From the NCBI GenBank assembly GCA_002269645.1, contig NIVC01000551.1, positions 477,287 to 541,286 on the forward strand: 64,000 bases of DNA, written 5' to 3'. Below are positions 1 to 11,600 of this stretch, piece by piece. The notes below the pieces were generated by a model. It ran no database searches, had not been told where the DNA came from, and worked only from the letters and a program-made list of their open reading frames with translations. The stretch comes from Macrostomum lignano (taxonomy: Eukaryota). A program made the translations under genes and the position numbers. Each line of letters starts with the position of its first letter. Within the stretch, counting starts at the first letter, position 1.

Positions 1-59
1 CTTTGATTGAGGCTACTGAATGGTTCATTTCGCACGAGGCATTTCATGACATTCCGCAG

Positions 60-911
60 GTGTTCAATGTGGCTTCTAATGTCTGCTCGCAGCTGCTGGT
101 GCTGAACTCCACCAACGCCGGCTGCCAGTTGCCCTCCTGCACAACGGGAGGCTTTCTGGACCTGCTGTCCAGGACGTGCGCCAGCACCCAGTACGTCAAC
201 AACAGCGGTAACGGCTCAGACGCGTACGCCGTCAGAGTGCGGCAGCTGCAGCCGGGCACCGAGTACTCGGTGAGGGTGACGCCGGTCAGCCAGACTTTAG
301 CTGGGGACTCAGCTGAGCTCAACTTTGTCACTGCTGGTGGAGACGGTGGCGGTGGCGCAGCGACCATCGTGGTGGCAGTCGCGGTGCCGCTGGTGGTCAT
401 TCTGGCTATCGTTGCGGCTTCGCTGATCTTCCTTCGGATTCGTCGGCAAAACAGGTGCGACTCAAATTTTGTGCTCAAAGCAGCTGAGCTGGGAAGGTGC
501 AGAGAAACTGAGAGTCCCGGTTTCGATTCCGTTAATTTGTGTGCACGTACCTGATGGTGAGGTGGTCAGGACCGATGTGCACTCTGTGTGAGCCTGTGTT
601 ATGCTGCAAAGTTTCATTGGCTGAATGATGTCCCCAAACTACAAACTGAGCACCTGGTCTGAGAGCCATTGGTTAGTGCTGGTGGCTCGAACTCAAACCG
701 AATTTTACAGAGTGCTCAACTTAATTTAACAGCAGGTGCTGTCATTTCATTGAACCCTTCCAGATCTCCACAGAAAGCTGCCAAGCCAGCTTCTGACAGC
801 CCTGCAGGCAGCGGAGTCAGCGGTGCACCAAACGATTACGCCACTGTGGTTGGAGGCTCCGCTCAGTCAGCTGAATATGTGGAGATCCCTGCTGTGAATG
901 GCCGGCGTTAG
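60..911 (+). CDS. 3' end of FN3-repeat single-pass receptor, paralog 1 (exons 60-454 and 764-911; 5' part lies outside the window)
   Basis: Exon 60-454 (cag|GTG...AG|gtgcg) encodes an FN3 C-terminal half (VRQLQPGTEYSVRVTPVS), a Gly linker, a hydrophobic TM helix and RIRRQNR. A phase-2 junction to 764 (ttccag|A) gives the tail SPQK...NDYATVV...AEYVEIPAVNGRR*. Structure and phases match gene 2. Confidence 0.85.
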
Positions 912-1246
912 AGACTTGAGGTTACATTGCTCAGTGAAACTGAGTGAACCTCAATATTTGAGTCTGTTTGCACAAAATATAATAATATGTGTTACACCCA
1001 CATTGCAGACTAATCATTGCATTGATTGACTATTCTAACGAAAACTGAATTTCCAAATCTCTGCTCTGCTGTGATGTCACAATACTACTAATGGGTAGCA
1101 ATCGATAGCCTGTTATGTCAGGTTGATTTCTCTCTGATTGTCAAACCCTGCATTGATGACTGCTTTTTCAGAATTATATGAAATATATTTTAAATCTATC
1201 ATGTACGATACACACTTATTGGTACATTCAGACTAAATAAAAAAGA

Positions 1247-1878
1247 ACATTCAGATGGCATAATGAGTGACATTCAGATTGCATAGGGAATGACATTCAG
1301 ATTACATAAGGAATGACATTCAGATTGCATAGGGAATGACATTCAGATTGCATAGGGAATGACATTCAGATTGCATAGGGAATGACATTCAGATTGTATA
1401 GGGAATGACATTCAGATTGCATAGGGAATGACATTCAGATAGCATAATGAGTGACATTTAGATTGCATAGGGAATGACATTCAGATTGCATAGGGAATTA
1501 CATTCAAATTGTATAGGGAATGACATTCAGATTGTATAGGGAATGACATTCAGATTGCATAGGGAATGACATTCAGATTGCATAGGGAATGACATTCAGA
1601 TTGCATAGGGAATGACATTCAGATTGCATAGGGAATGACATTCAGATTGCATAGGGAATGACATTCAGATTGCATAGGGAATGACATTCAGATTGCATAG
1701 GGAATGACATTCAGATTGCATAGGGAATGACATTCGGATTGCATAGGGAATGACATTCAGATTGCATAGGGAATGACATTCAGATTGCATAGGGAATGAC
1801 ATTTAGATTGCATAGGGAATGACATTCGGATTGCGTAGGGAATGACATTCAGATTGCATAGGAAATGACATTCAGACT
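1247..1878. repeat. 23-bp minisatellite (CAGATTGCATAGGGAATGACATT), about 27 copies
   Basis: Period read directly from the sequence; lies between the two FN3 receptor genes. Confidence 0.95.
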
Positions 1879-2643
1879 GTTGATATTGATATCAAAATGA
1901 AAACTGTATTTTGAAGAGAGTCTTGAGCAATATGACTCACTGATAGCACAGAAAACCTGTGGATAAGCCAGGTGTTTCCGTGATGCAAAACCGGAGGGCT
2001 ACTGCTCAAAACTGCAAAAGGACACTCCAACTGACAGTCAGCCATGCATGTGGCTTCTCTGCACTACTTTGAGCTGCTCAATATCAGCTGGTGAAACTGC
2101 AGATAAGAACAGATGCGTCTGTACTGCGCATGGCTGGGCGAAGCCACTGATAAACAAGTCTTTCTGAAGAAAAAAATATTCGTGACTGTCCGCAACATGG
2201 AGACTCAGCTAATGGCTCTGTTTATAGCTGAGCTCAGGCTGACTTGGCGAGCGTTGTCAGACTCAAAATGTCAGCTGCAGCTGAGGCCGTTGACCGTTGA
2301 GGCGGTTGCTCAAAGTGACCTCGTGAGGAAAATCCTGACTAACCATGCTTTTGAGTACTTTATTGACGGATCCATAAGTTGATATTTTCCAGGTAGCTCT
2401 GCACTGCGGCAGATAAGAGCAGGTGCGCACAAGCTCTACTTATCATGGCAGACGCAAAACAGGCGATAGCAACTTTTTGCAATAACTTTGCTTTTTTCAG
2501 TTTAAGGCCTGAGCTTGGCTCAGTGTGCGAGTTTTTTTAGAGCGAAAGTCCGCAATAAATTTGACTGCAAAAGCCACCTCTGGGACTTTTATCGGATCAG
2601 CACAAACACAATTTTCGTCACACAGGTTTCTCAAACTCGCAAA

Positions 2644-5600
2644 ATGCACTGCGTGTCTGCTGGAGCCCGACGTCTCTTCCGCTGCAGTTGCTGCTGCTGG
2701 CTGCTTCTGGTTGCTGCTGCAGCTGCTCTGCTGCTGTGCGATGAGGCGGCTGCTCAAGGCACGTCGTGTGGAAAACTGGTGCCGGGTCAGGTGGATCCTG
2801 TGACAGTGGCTGCTGTTCGCTCTTCCACAAATTCATCAATAACAGTTGATTGGCTGGCACCAGACCGTGGCATCACAGGGTACTTTTACATAGTAAACTG
2901 CCCCAGCTGTCCCAGTCGGCAGCAAAACACTACACATGAGACATTCACGTTTCGAGGTCTCACAGCGGCTATTGAGTACAACTTCTCCATTCAGGCAGGA
3001 CTTCACAACTGCAGCCTCAGCCCTGCGTTCCATCTTTCTGGAAAGACAGGTGAGAATGAAGCTGAAAATTCAGTACAGAATGCACCTCAGGTGCGACGCT
3101 GGCTGCCACACTTTGGCCATCTGAGTTTCTCCTGGATTTTTACGACTGTAAATATACGCTCGTGAGATCATAGCATTTCTCACTCTAACAAATCAATTTG
3201 ATTATTCTGGGTTTTGTCAGCATTCCAATTTTTATTTAATACTAATTTAATGCTGCCAAAAATACAGAACCAGATCGCGAAACTTCTCAACAGCAGTTAA
3301 GCAAAATTCCCAACACAATTGCAGCACTCAGCGGAATCGCAGGACCAGTGCACATCTCGGATGTGACGGAGACGAGCTTCAGAGCCCGGTGGGCGGCCTC
3401 TCCCGATGTTGGAGTCGAGTATGAAGTCAGCTGCGCTGGCAGAGTGCCAGACACAACCGCTGTGTGCACAGGCCAGCCATCCGGAGCCTCTGTCACAGTC
3501 ACTGTGAGACCCGTCAAAACTGGGTTTCCGACTGGGTTTTACATTTACGGCACAGCTTTGACCAGTGAGCTGCATTATCAAACTGAAAATATTTTGAATG
3601 TACTTCGATAAAGAGATTGTCAAATAGATCGAAGTACATTAATTGCTGATTCCAAACAATAACAAGGCGGATCAAACTAATTTATAAAAAGCCGATATCA
3701 AGATTCTGTCGCATTACTGTTTGTGCCATAAACTTTACTCGTAGTTGTGAATACTTATGCACTATATAACAGCTGCATGTATCTATTGAAATTGAAATCG
3801 CTGTTCTGGATATTGCTCGGATAAGCCATTCACACCAAAAAATAAAATAAAGACAGACTTGCTCAGTGAACAGGCAGACAGGTACGGTAATAGTCACGAG
3901 CTGTCCTGAAAATTTCCAATAAATTGCTGCTCAATAAATGTAAAATCTTGAAGCTGCTGCTGTGTAAGTCTGTAAGTGGCAGGATTAAGCGTACTCCTAA
4001 TACCTGTATGACTGCTTTTAGATGGAAAATTATTTATGAATAAATTAAGTTTAGCCGCCATCCGTAGGAACCAAAATCATCAGAGATGCTCATCAATTGC
4101 AGAGCTGTTCGGCATTGACGCCAGCTCAGCTCAGTACAGCTCCAATGAGACCGCCATCTCTGTGACTTGGCAGCCATCCAGCACTTCTGGCGTCTCGTAC
4201 CAGCTCACCTGCAAGCGAGTCGGCTCAGGTGAAGTCTCGACCGCGTCTTCATCCACTCCGTCAGCCACCTGCGGCTCCCTGCAGTCTGGACAGGCCTATG
4301 AGCTGCGGGTGGCTGTGCAGAAGTCGGGCGGCTTTGATGACGTCATCACGCGTCTGTCCAACCAGCTGACCAGTGAGTTCCTTCAGATGCTTTGCTTTGG
4401 AAATCTTTGCAAGCAAAGTAGCGGTGGCAACAGTGGGTCGCGTTTGCATTGCCATCAAATTACATCACAAAGCACAATAAAAGTCACATGGATAGATTTA
4501 GCAATAGTGATTGAGTTCTTTGGCTTCTGCAATGAGGATTTTACATCTATATTTCTATACGTGCGTATGCACGATTATTTGTATTGAATTTGAGGTTTTT
4601 GAGCTGCTAAACTTCCTCTGATATTTTGCTTTGCTGAGGCTGTAGAGAAACATTACTTAATAAGTTGTTATATAGCTTTGCTTGGTGTTATTATTTATTG
4701 AAATGAATGACTGGGTATACAAGTTAAATACGCATCAGGTAATTCACGCTTTAAACATTGCCTATACTTCCATCGGAAACAGGATTATCGGCCAATATGC
4801 TATAATTAGAGACAGTTCTGTAATGACCGCTGTTTTACTGGTAAACACAGAATAACAACAGTAGGTCTCTCAGTAAAACAGTTTTCGAAACTACTTTCAG
4901 TAGTTAAACTCTTTAGTAAACTGAACTTAAGAAGAAAAAACTATTGCATCACCTCTCAAGCTTTTTAGGTACATTCGTCTATTTCACAGCGTTTAAACAA
5001 ACTCGTGCATTGAAATTTGCAGAGCTGTTCGGCATTGACGCCAGCTCAGCTCAGTACAGCTCCAATGAGACCGCCATCTCTGTGACTTGGCAGCCATCCA
5101 GCACTTCTGGCGTCTCGTACCAGCTCACCTGCAAGCGAGTCGGCTCAGGTGAAGTCTCGACTGCGTCTTCAGCCACTCCGTCTGCCACCTGCGGCTCCCT
5201 GCAGTCTGGACAGGAATATGAGCTGCGGGTGGCTGTGCAGAAGGCGAGTTTTGATGACGTCATCACGCGTCTGTCTGACCAGCTGACCAGTGAGTGCTCA
5301 GCTGCTTCGGTGCCAGTATTTTACTTTATTTTAGTTGGTTTACGTCACACAGATTGGCCATCTACTTGTTTGACAAAAAGACCGTGCTCACCGGAACTGT
5401 TCGAAAGGATCGTGGAATCCCGAAAGAATTGCAAGAAAAATTAGTGGCTGCTCCGGGTCAGGGCTTCGATCGTGAGGTGCGATCAGACCTTTAACATTTG
5501 AGAGTGAAAATATATAACGGAAATGCATACTGGACTTCTTTAAATCAATCATGACCTGCACAGCAGGCCATACTGGGCACTTGCTTTAGTGATTGGGAGA

Positions 5601-8600
5601 TGGTTTTTGATGCCATAGACATTTTTCAATCTCTGGGTTTTTGGACCGTTTCGGTATGGCCTGCGGTGCAGGACTTTGGTTTCCAAATGTTTAAGGTCCA
5701 GACCAGCGTTGTGGCAAACGCTGGAATGTCATCATATATAGAAATGTGTTACTGAGTTTCCTTCTTCATATTTTATACAGTCCATCAGCATTAACCTTTA
5801 CAACAGCCCCCTTTCTAACCTTCATAATCGCGCCATTCGTTTTAATCCCCAAGTACATCCATTCAGAACATACAGTGTTGCTTCTTGCTGCTCCAACTAA
5901 CGGGGACACTTGGATAATTTGAAAATATGTTCACTCATGAGCGTCTGACATTCTGACCAAAGGCCAATTAGGTAGATTAATTTTGTTCAGTGACTTAAAA
6001 AAGAAAACGAATCCAAACTAAAATGTTCGTTCCAATGTTGTTCAATCGGGTCAGAGCTGTAACGCGACAGAACTTCCATTGCTGCTGACACAATTCTTGT
6101 CGGGTGGCGTGGCTTGTGGTGCGTTATTTAGACTTCCTACTGCTGCCTGATGCATGGTTTTATCTACTCTAATATCGCAGTCTTGAGAAGTGTGAAGCTT
6201 TGGTTTGCAGTTCTCCGTGTTGAATTTTGCAAGAGCAGAGTTCAAGTATCTTAGCTCAATGAGCAATTTATGCCATCCATCCAGGTTGCTTGTACTCCAG
6301 AGGAAGTAATACACAGTTCTGAATTCGCTTGCATTAGACCAAGGGTGAGAAGCTGTTCACGAAGAGCTCATAATCTACTCCGTACTCTTGAGAGCACCCC
6401 TTCACTACTAATCTCACCTTGAATCTGTCAACTGGGCCATCTGACTTGTACTTCACTCGAAACACCCATCTGCAGCCAATAGTTTGTCGTCTTTTTGGTA
6501 GCCGAACTAACTTTCTGACACTTCCTTTAGAGTCTTGGGTTCTTCAATCTGTGTTGCATTAGGTGCTAAGTTTCTGTCGACGGGTTTCTTCTCCCGAGTC
6601 GACATCCGGACTTCCTGGTTGTCACTGGTACGAGCGTACGAGAGCCGCATTTCGATTCAGTCACCATTGGTTCTGTATCCGTCTGTAACCGAGGTGTGTC
6701 CTGATGATCTGATTCTTGCTTCTTAAAACACGACTCTTGAAACGTTACCTCTTGGCTGAGAGCGTTTTGTAGTATAGACATCGATTAGTTTCCGAGTATC
6801 CTATAAATCCTACTTCTCGGACTTTTAAGTCAAATTTGTGACGGTTTTTGACTAGAAAGTGAGCGTAGGCCACGCATCCGAATACTCGCAAATGTTGCAC
6901 GTTTGGCTTATTGCCAGCCAGAAGGTACGGAAGGCATAGGTACAGAAGGCTTTGAACTCACCTGATACAGACTCTCCACCAGTATCAGTTCGAATAACTT
7001 AAATGAATTTAATTGATTGCTTTGTGGCTTGTGCTTGTGAATTCTTAAATCTGTCCAAACAAATCTAACTTGCCTTTTTTGCAGAAAGTTAGACTCAGCA
7101 GTAGTACGAGCTGTCATCAATGAATGTTTGCATTGGGCCGCACAAATCGCTGTAAATCTGGGCCAACAGTTTGCTGGACCTTGAACTCTCCCCCTTCTTA
7201 ATTGGTGTTCTGTCCATTTTGCCTTCCACGCATGCCTTACAAAATGAAATGCCGTCAGTCTGCACGCTGATATTTTCCAGTGCGATTACTTTGACTATAT
7301 TTTCTTGAATTAGTGAGTTTGTTGTTGTTGTTGTTGTTAAACGGGGGTGGGAAGCTGGGCTTACTCGCGGATCAGCCCTAAAGGGGGCTCTGCCGCTAGT
7401 GGGGCACTTTCCAAGGGCACGGGGAATTCCGTGTACCCGAGTTACCCTCCTCGGAAGTCCCAGGACCAATTTAGTTGGGCCCTGACTTAGGCCAGGGGAG
7501 GCGAGGGACTTCAAACCTACGGTACAAGACAATTAGTGATTTTAGAGCTTGCTCTCCACTAGCAGTTGCTGCTCCATTAGCTACGGTGAATTATTCGATT
7601 TTTAAAGTATTCCAATTTTCATGACGTCTCCAGCAACATTTCCACTTTTGTCTACAATTTTTATACAGTTTTGAAAACTGCACATTAAAGCCTTTTCTTG
7701 TAGCTGCTGATACTGAGAACAGGTTTTGATTTAACTAGCTAACGTTATATCACACCACACGACATGAAATAATTTATCGATGCAAAATGCTCACTGATTC
7801 TGAGAAACACTTATCTTTCTACTTGCTAAAAAACAAACATTTGCAGTCATTAGATATTTATCAGGCAGGCATGTCCGGTGTCAAATGATAAGACAAAAAT
7901 TAGGATTCCCACCCGCCTCGCAACCGCAGAGCTCTTCCCGATCGACGCCAGCTCAGTAAGTTTCACCATCAGAGAGACTTCCATCTCCCTGACTTGGGCG
8001 GCGTCCATCACTGAAGGAGTTCTGTACCGGGTGACTTGCAAGCAAGTCAGCACAGGGAATTCAATATCTACGCCTCCATCAGAGTATCTGAGTGTCACCT
8101 TCGCCCGTCTGCAGTCAGGAGAGGCCTACAACCTGAGTGTGGCTGTGACTAAGCAGGGCGGCTTCGATGAAGTTGTCACCTGGCTGCCAATCCAGCTGAC
8201 CAGTGAGTTGGAGCTCAGCAAATGATTGCAGCTGCTCTGATGAGGCACAGCTCGCTTCTATTGGGTCCGTTTCATTGCAGAGCTGTTCGGCATTGACCCC
8301 AGCTCAGCTCAGTACAGCTCCAATGAGACCTGTACGTTGTACGTTGAAGCTTAAAGTGCAACTTGATGAGAAATCTTTTATCAGTTCGCTCATCCTATGC
8401 TTTACTTCAGCTCACCTTATTTCCCAATTTGTTTTGAATTTCTTGGAACCCGGTAGTTAAAGTTTGAAACCCGGATTACGAGCCGCGAGCGGTCGCATTA
8501 ATTTGGGCATTTTGGGTGACAAGGGGCACGCCTACATTTTTATGACAAGCACCACTTGAAGTTGCCATTGCAGTGGGACTTAACAGTCGTTTTGCATAGA

Positions 8601-11600
8601 TGATTCAGTATTTGAAGGCTGAAACATTTTAAGATCCTGGTGCACGATCGCTTAAGTCTGGTTTGCGCTTGCGTGCAAAGTGGCTTCATTCTTTTTTTTA
8701 TTTGAACTCAAGAAAACTGCTTTAAGGAGATTGTCGAAGACAGAAAATCTGATGCAAAAAAACTTTAGTTTCATATACAAATTTTTTTAGGTCTAAGATT
8801 GTGGTAAAACCCTATTTTGATTCAATGCTTTCTGTGAGATTCCTGATATGCAACGCCAACTTCTAGTTCTAGTGGTCCTTGGCCCTAAGGATGAGAAAGT
8901 CAGGGCGGCTCTGCACCCTGTGTGAGCGTGTGTCTGGGTACATGTCTCGTCGCCTCCTCGCTCTTGCTTGCTTGCGTCTTCTTGCGACTAAAGGAACTCG
9001 CACCTCACCCATTCCCTCGCACCCGTCAACCGCCGCAGAGCTGTACTCAGTGAACCCCAGCTCGGTCAGCTACTCAGCCAACGAGTCGGCCATCAGCGTG
9101 ACCTGGGACGCCTCAGCCACCGGTGCTGGAGTTCACCACCAGCTGCGCTGCCTCAGTGGCTCAAACGGCTCAGTCGTGATCAGAAATGTCACCTCGCCTG
9201 AGCAGCGGCTCAGCGCCACCTGCGACTCCCTGCAGTCGGGCTCGGAGTTCAGCCTGCAGATTTTCGTGCTGAAGGTGGGCGGCTTCAAGCCCGCATTGGC
9301 GAAGGTGGGACAGCTGCTCACCTGTGAGTCTCGGGCGATAATTGAAATAATCGATGTTTTATAGATGCCTGGTATCGTTTAAAGTGCATTAATTAGTGGG
9401 ATCGCACTTTTTCAGATTTTCGGCACGAAACTTTAGAATATGTAGTCTAGTACAGCCGCCCCCGGGGTAAGAGGCTTAATTAGGCTTTAAACAGATTATA
9501 ATTTCACCGTGTAAAACAAAAATATTCATCTGGCATCTCTGCATTCTAAGCACGTATTTCATGGCATTATTTTCTTCAGATGGTTTTCTCAACGAATTTC
9601 GTACTGTCACTCAGCTCACAGTGTTACTCAGCTCACAGTGTCACTCAGCTCACAGTGTCACTCAGCTCACAGTGTCACTCAGCTCACAGTGTCACTCAGC
9701 TCACAGTGTCACTCAGCTCACAGTGTCACTCAGCTCACAGTGTCACTCAGCTCACAGTGTCACTCAGCTCACAGTGTCACTCAGCTCACAGTGTCACTCA
9801 GCTCACAGTGTCACTCAGCTCACAGTGTCACTCAGCTCACAGTGTCACTCAGCTCACAGTGTCACTCAGCTCACAGTGTCACTCAGCTCACAGTGTCACT
9901 CAGCTCACAGTGTCACTCAGCTCACAGTGTCACTCAGCTCACAGTGTCACTCAGCTCACAGTGTCACTCAGCTCACAGTGTCACTCAGCTCACAGTGTCA
10001 CTCAGCTCACAGTGTCACTCAGCTCACAGTGTCACTCAGCTCACAGTGTCACTCAGCTCACAGTGTCACTCAGCTCACAGTGTCACTCAGCTCACAGTGT
10101 CACTCAGCTCACAGTGTCACTCAGCTCACAGTGTCACTCAGCTCACAGTGTCACTCAGCTCACAGTGTCACTCAGCTCACAGTGTCACTCAGCTCACAGT
10201 GTCACTCAGCTCACAGTGTCACTCAGCTCACAGTGTCACTCAGCTCACAGTGTCACTCAGCTCACAGTGTCACTCAGCTCACAGTGTCACTCAGCTCACA
10301 GTGTCACTCAGCTCACAGTGTCACTCAGCTCACAGTGTCACTCAGCTCACAGTGTCACTCAGCTCACAGTGTCACTCAGCTCACAGTGTCACTCAGCTCA
10401 CAGTGTCACTCAGCTCACAGTGTCACTCAGCTCACAGTGTCACTCAGCTCACAGTGTCACTCAGCTCACAGTGTCACTCAGCTCACAGTGTCACTCAGCT
10501 CACAGTGTCACTCAGCTCACAGTGTCACTCAGCTCACAGTGTCACTCAGCTCACAGTGTCACTCAGCTCACAGTGTCACTCAGCTCACAGTGTCACTCAG
10601 CTCACAGTGTCACTCAGCTCACAGTGTCACTCAGCTCACAGTGTCACTCAGCTCACAGTGTCACTCAGCTCACAGTGTCACTCAGCTCACAGTGTCACTC
10701 AGCTCACAGTGTCACTCAGCTCACAGTGTCACTCAGCTCACAGTGTCACTCCGCTCAATCTCAATCCCCATCTCCCCGCCCTCCCCAGGGCCGCAGCTCA
10801 GCGCCGACCCCGCCAGCCGACCCTCAGCCGCTGCCGCGGAGTCGCAGCCGAGCGAGTCGCAGCCCGCTGAGGCGGTGCTGCTGCTCAACTGGACGTCCAG
10901 TGCTGCCGAGGGCGCCGACCTGCTGCAGTTCCGCGTGAGCAGCGCCTCGAAGCCCGACTTGCTGAGGGAGGCTGCGTTCATCTCGATGAGGCTGCTGCTG
11001 AGCCTGGCGGAGGCGGAGCTGCTCTCGCTGAAGCTGACAGTGGCGGTGACTGCCGTGGCCAACAAATCCGGGCTGAGGCAGGAGAGCTCGGAGATCGTCA
11101 TTGCTGAGCAGCTGCAGATGCGTGAGTTCAGCTCAGAGTCTTTGTTGTGAGTGAGTGTTGGTTCTGAGTGAGTGTTGGTTCTGAGTGAGTCTTGGTTCTG
11201 AGTGAGTGTTGGTTCTGAGTGAGTGTTGGTTCTGAGTGAGTGTTGGTTCTGAGTGATTGTTGGTTCTGAGTGAGTGTTGGTTGTGTGAGAGTATTGGTTT
11301 CGAGTGAGTCTTGGTTCTGAGTGAGTCTTGGTTCTGAGTGATTGTTGGTTCTGAGTGAGTTTTGGTTGTGTGAGAGTATTGGCTTCGAGTGAGTCTTGGT
11401 TCTGAGTGAGTATTGGTTTCGAGTGAGTCTTGGTTCTGAGTGAGTCTTGGTTCTGAGTGAGTGTTGGTTCTGAGTGAGTGTTGGTTCTGAGTGAGTCTTT
11501 GTTCTGAGTGAGTGTTGGTTCTGAGTGAGTGTTGGTTCTGAGTGAGTGTTGGTTCTGAGTGAATGTTGGTTCTGAGTGAGTCTTGGTTCTGAGTGAGTCT

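Noticed and set aside
9561-10938. Long ORFs (529, 452 and 410 aa) of SLSSQCHSAHSVTQLTV repeats
   Set aside because: These are stop-free readings of the 17-bp satellite. Only 10789-11121 has splice sites and protein-like content.
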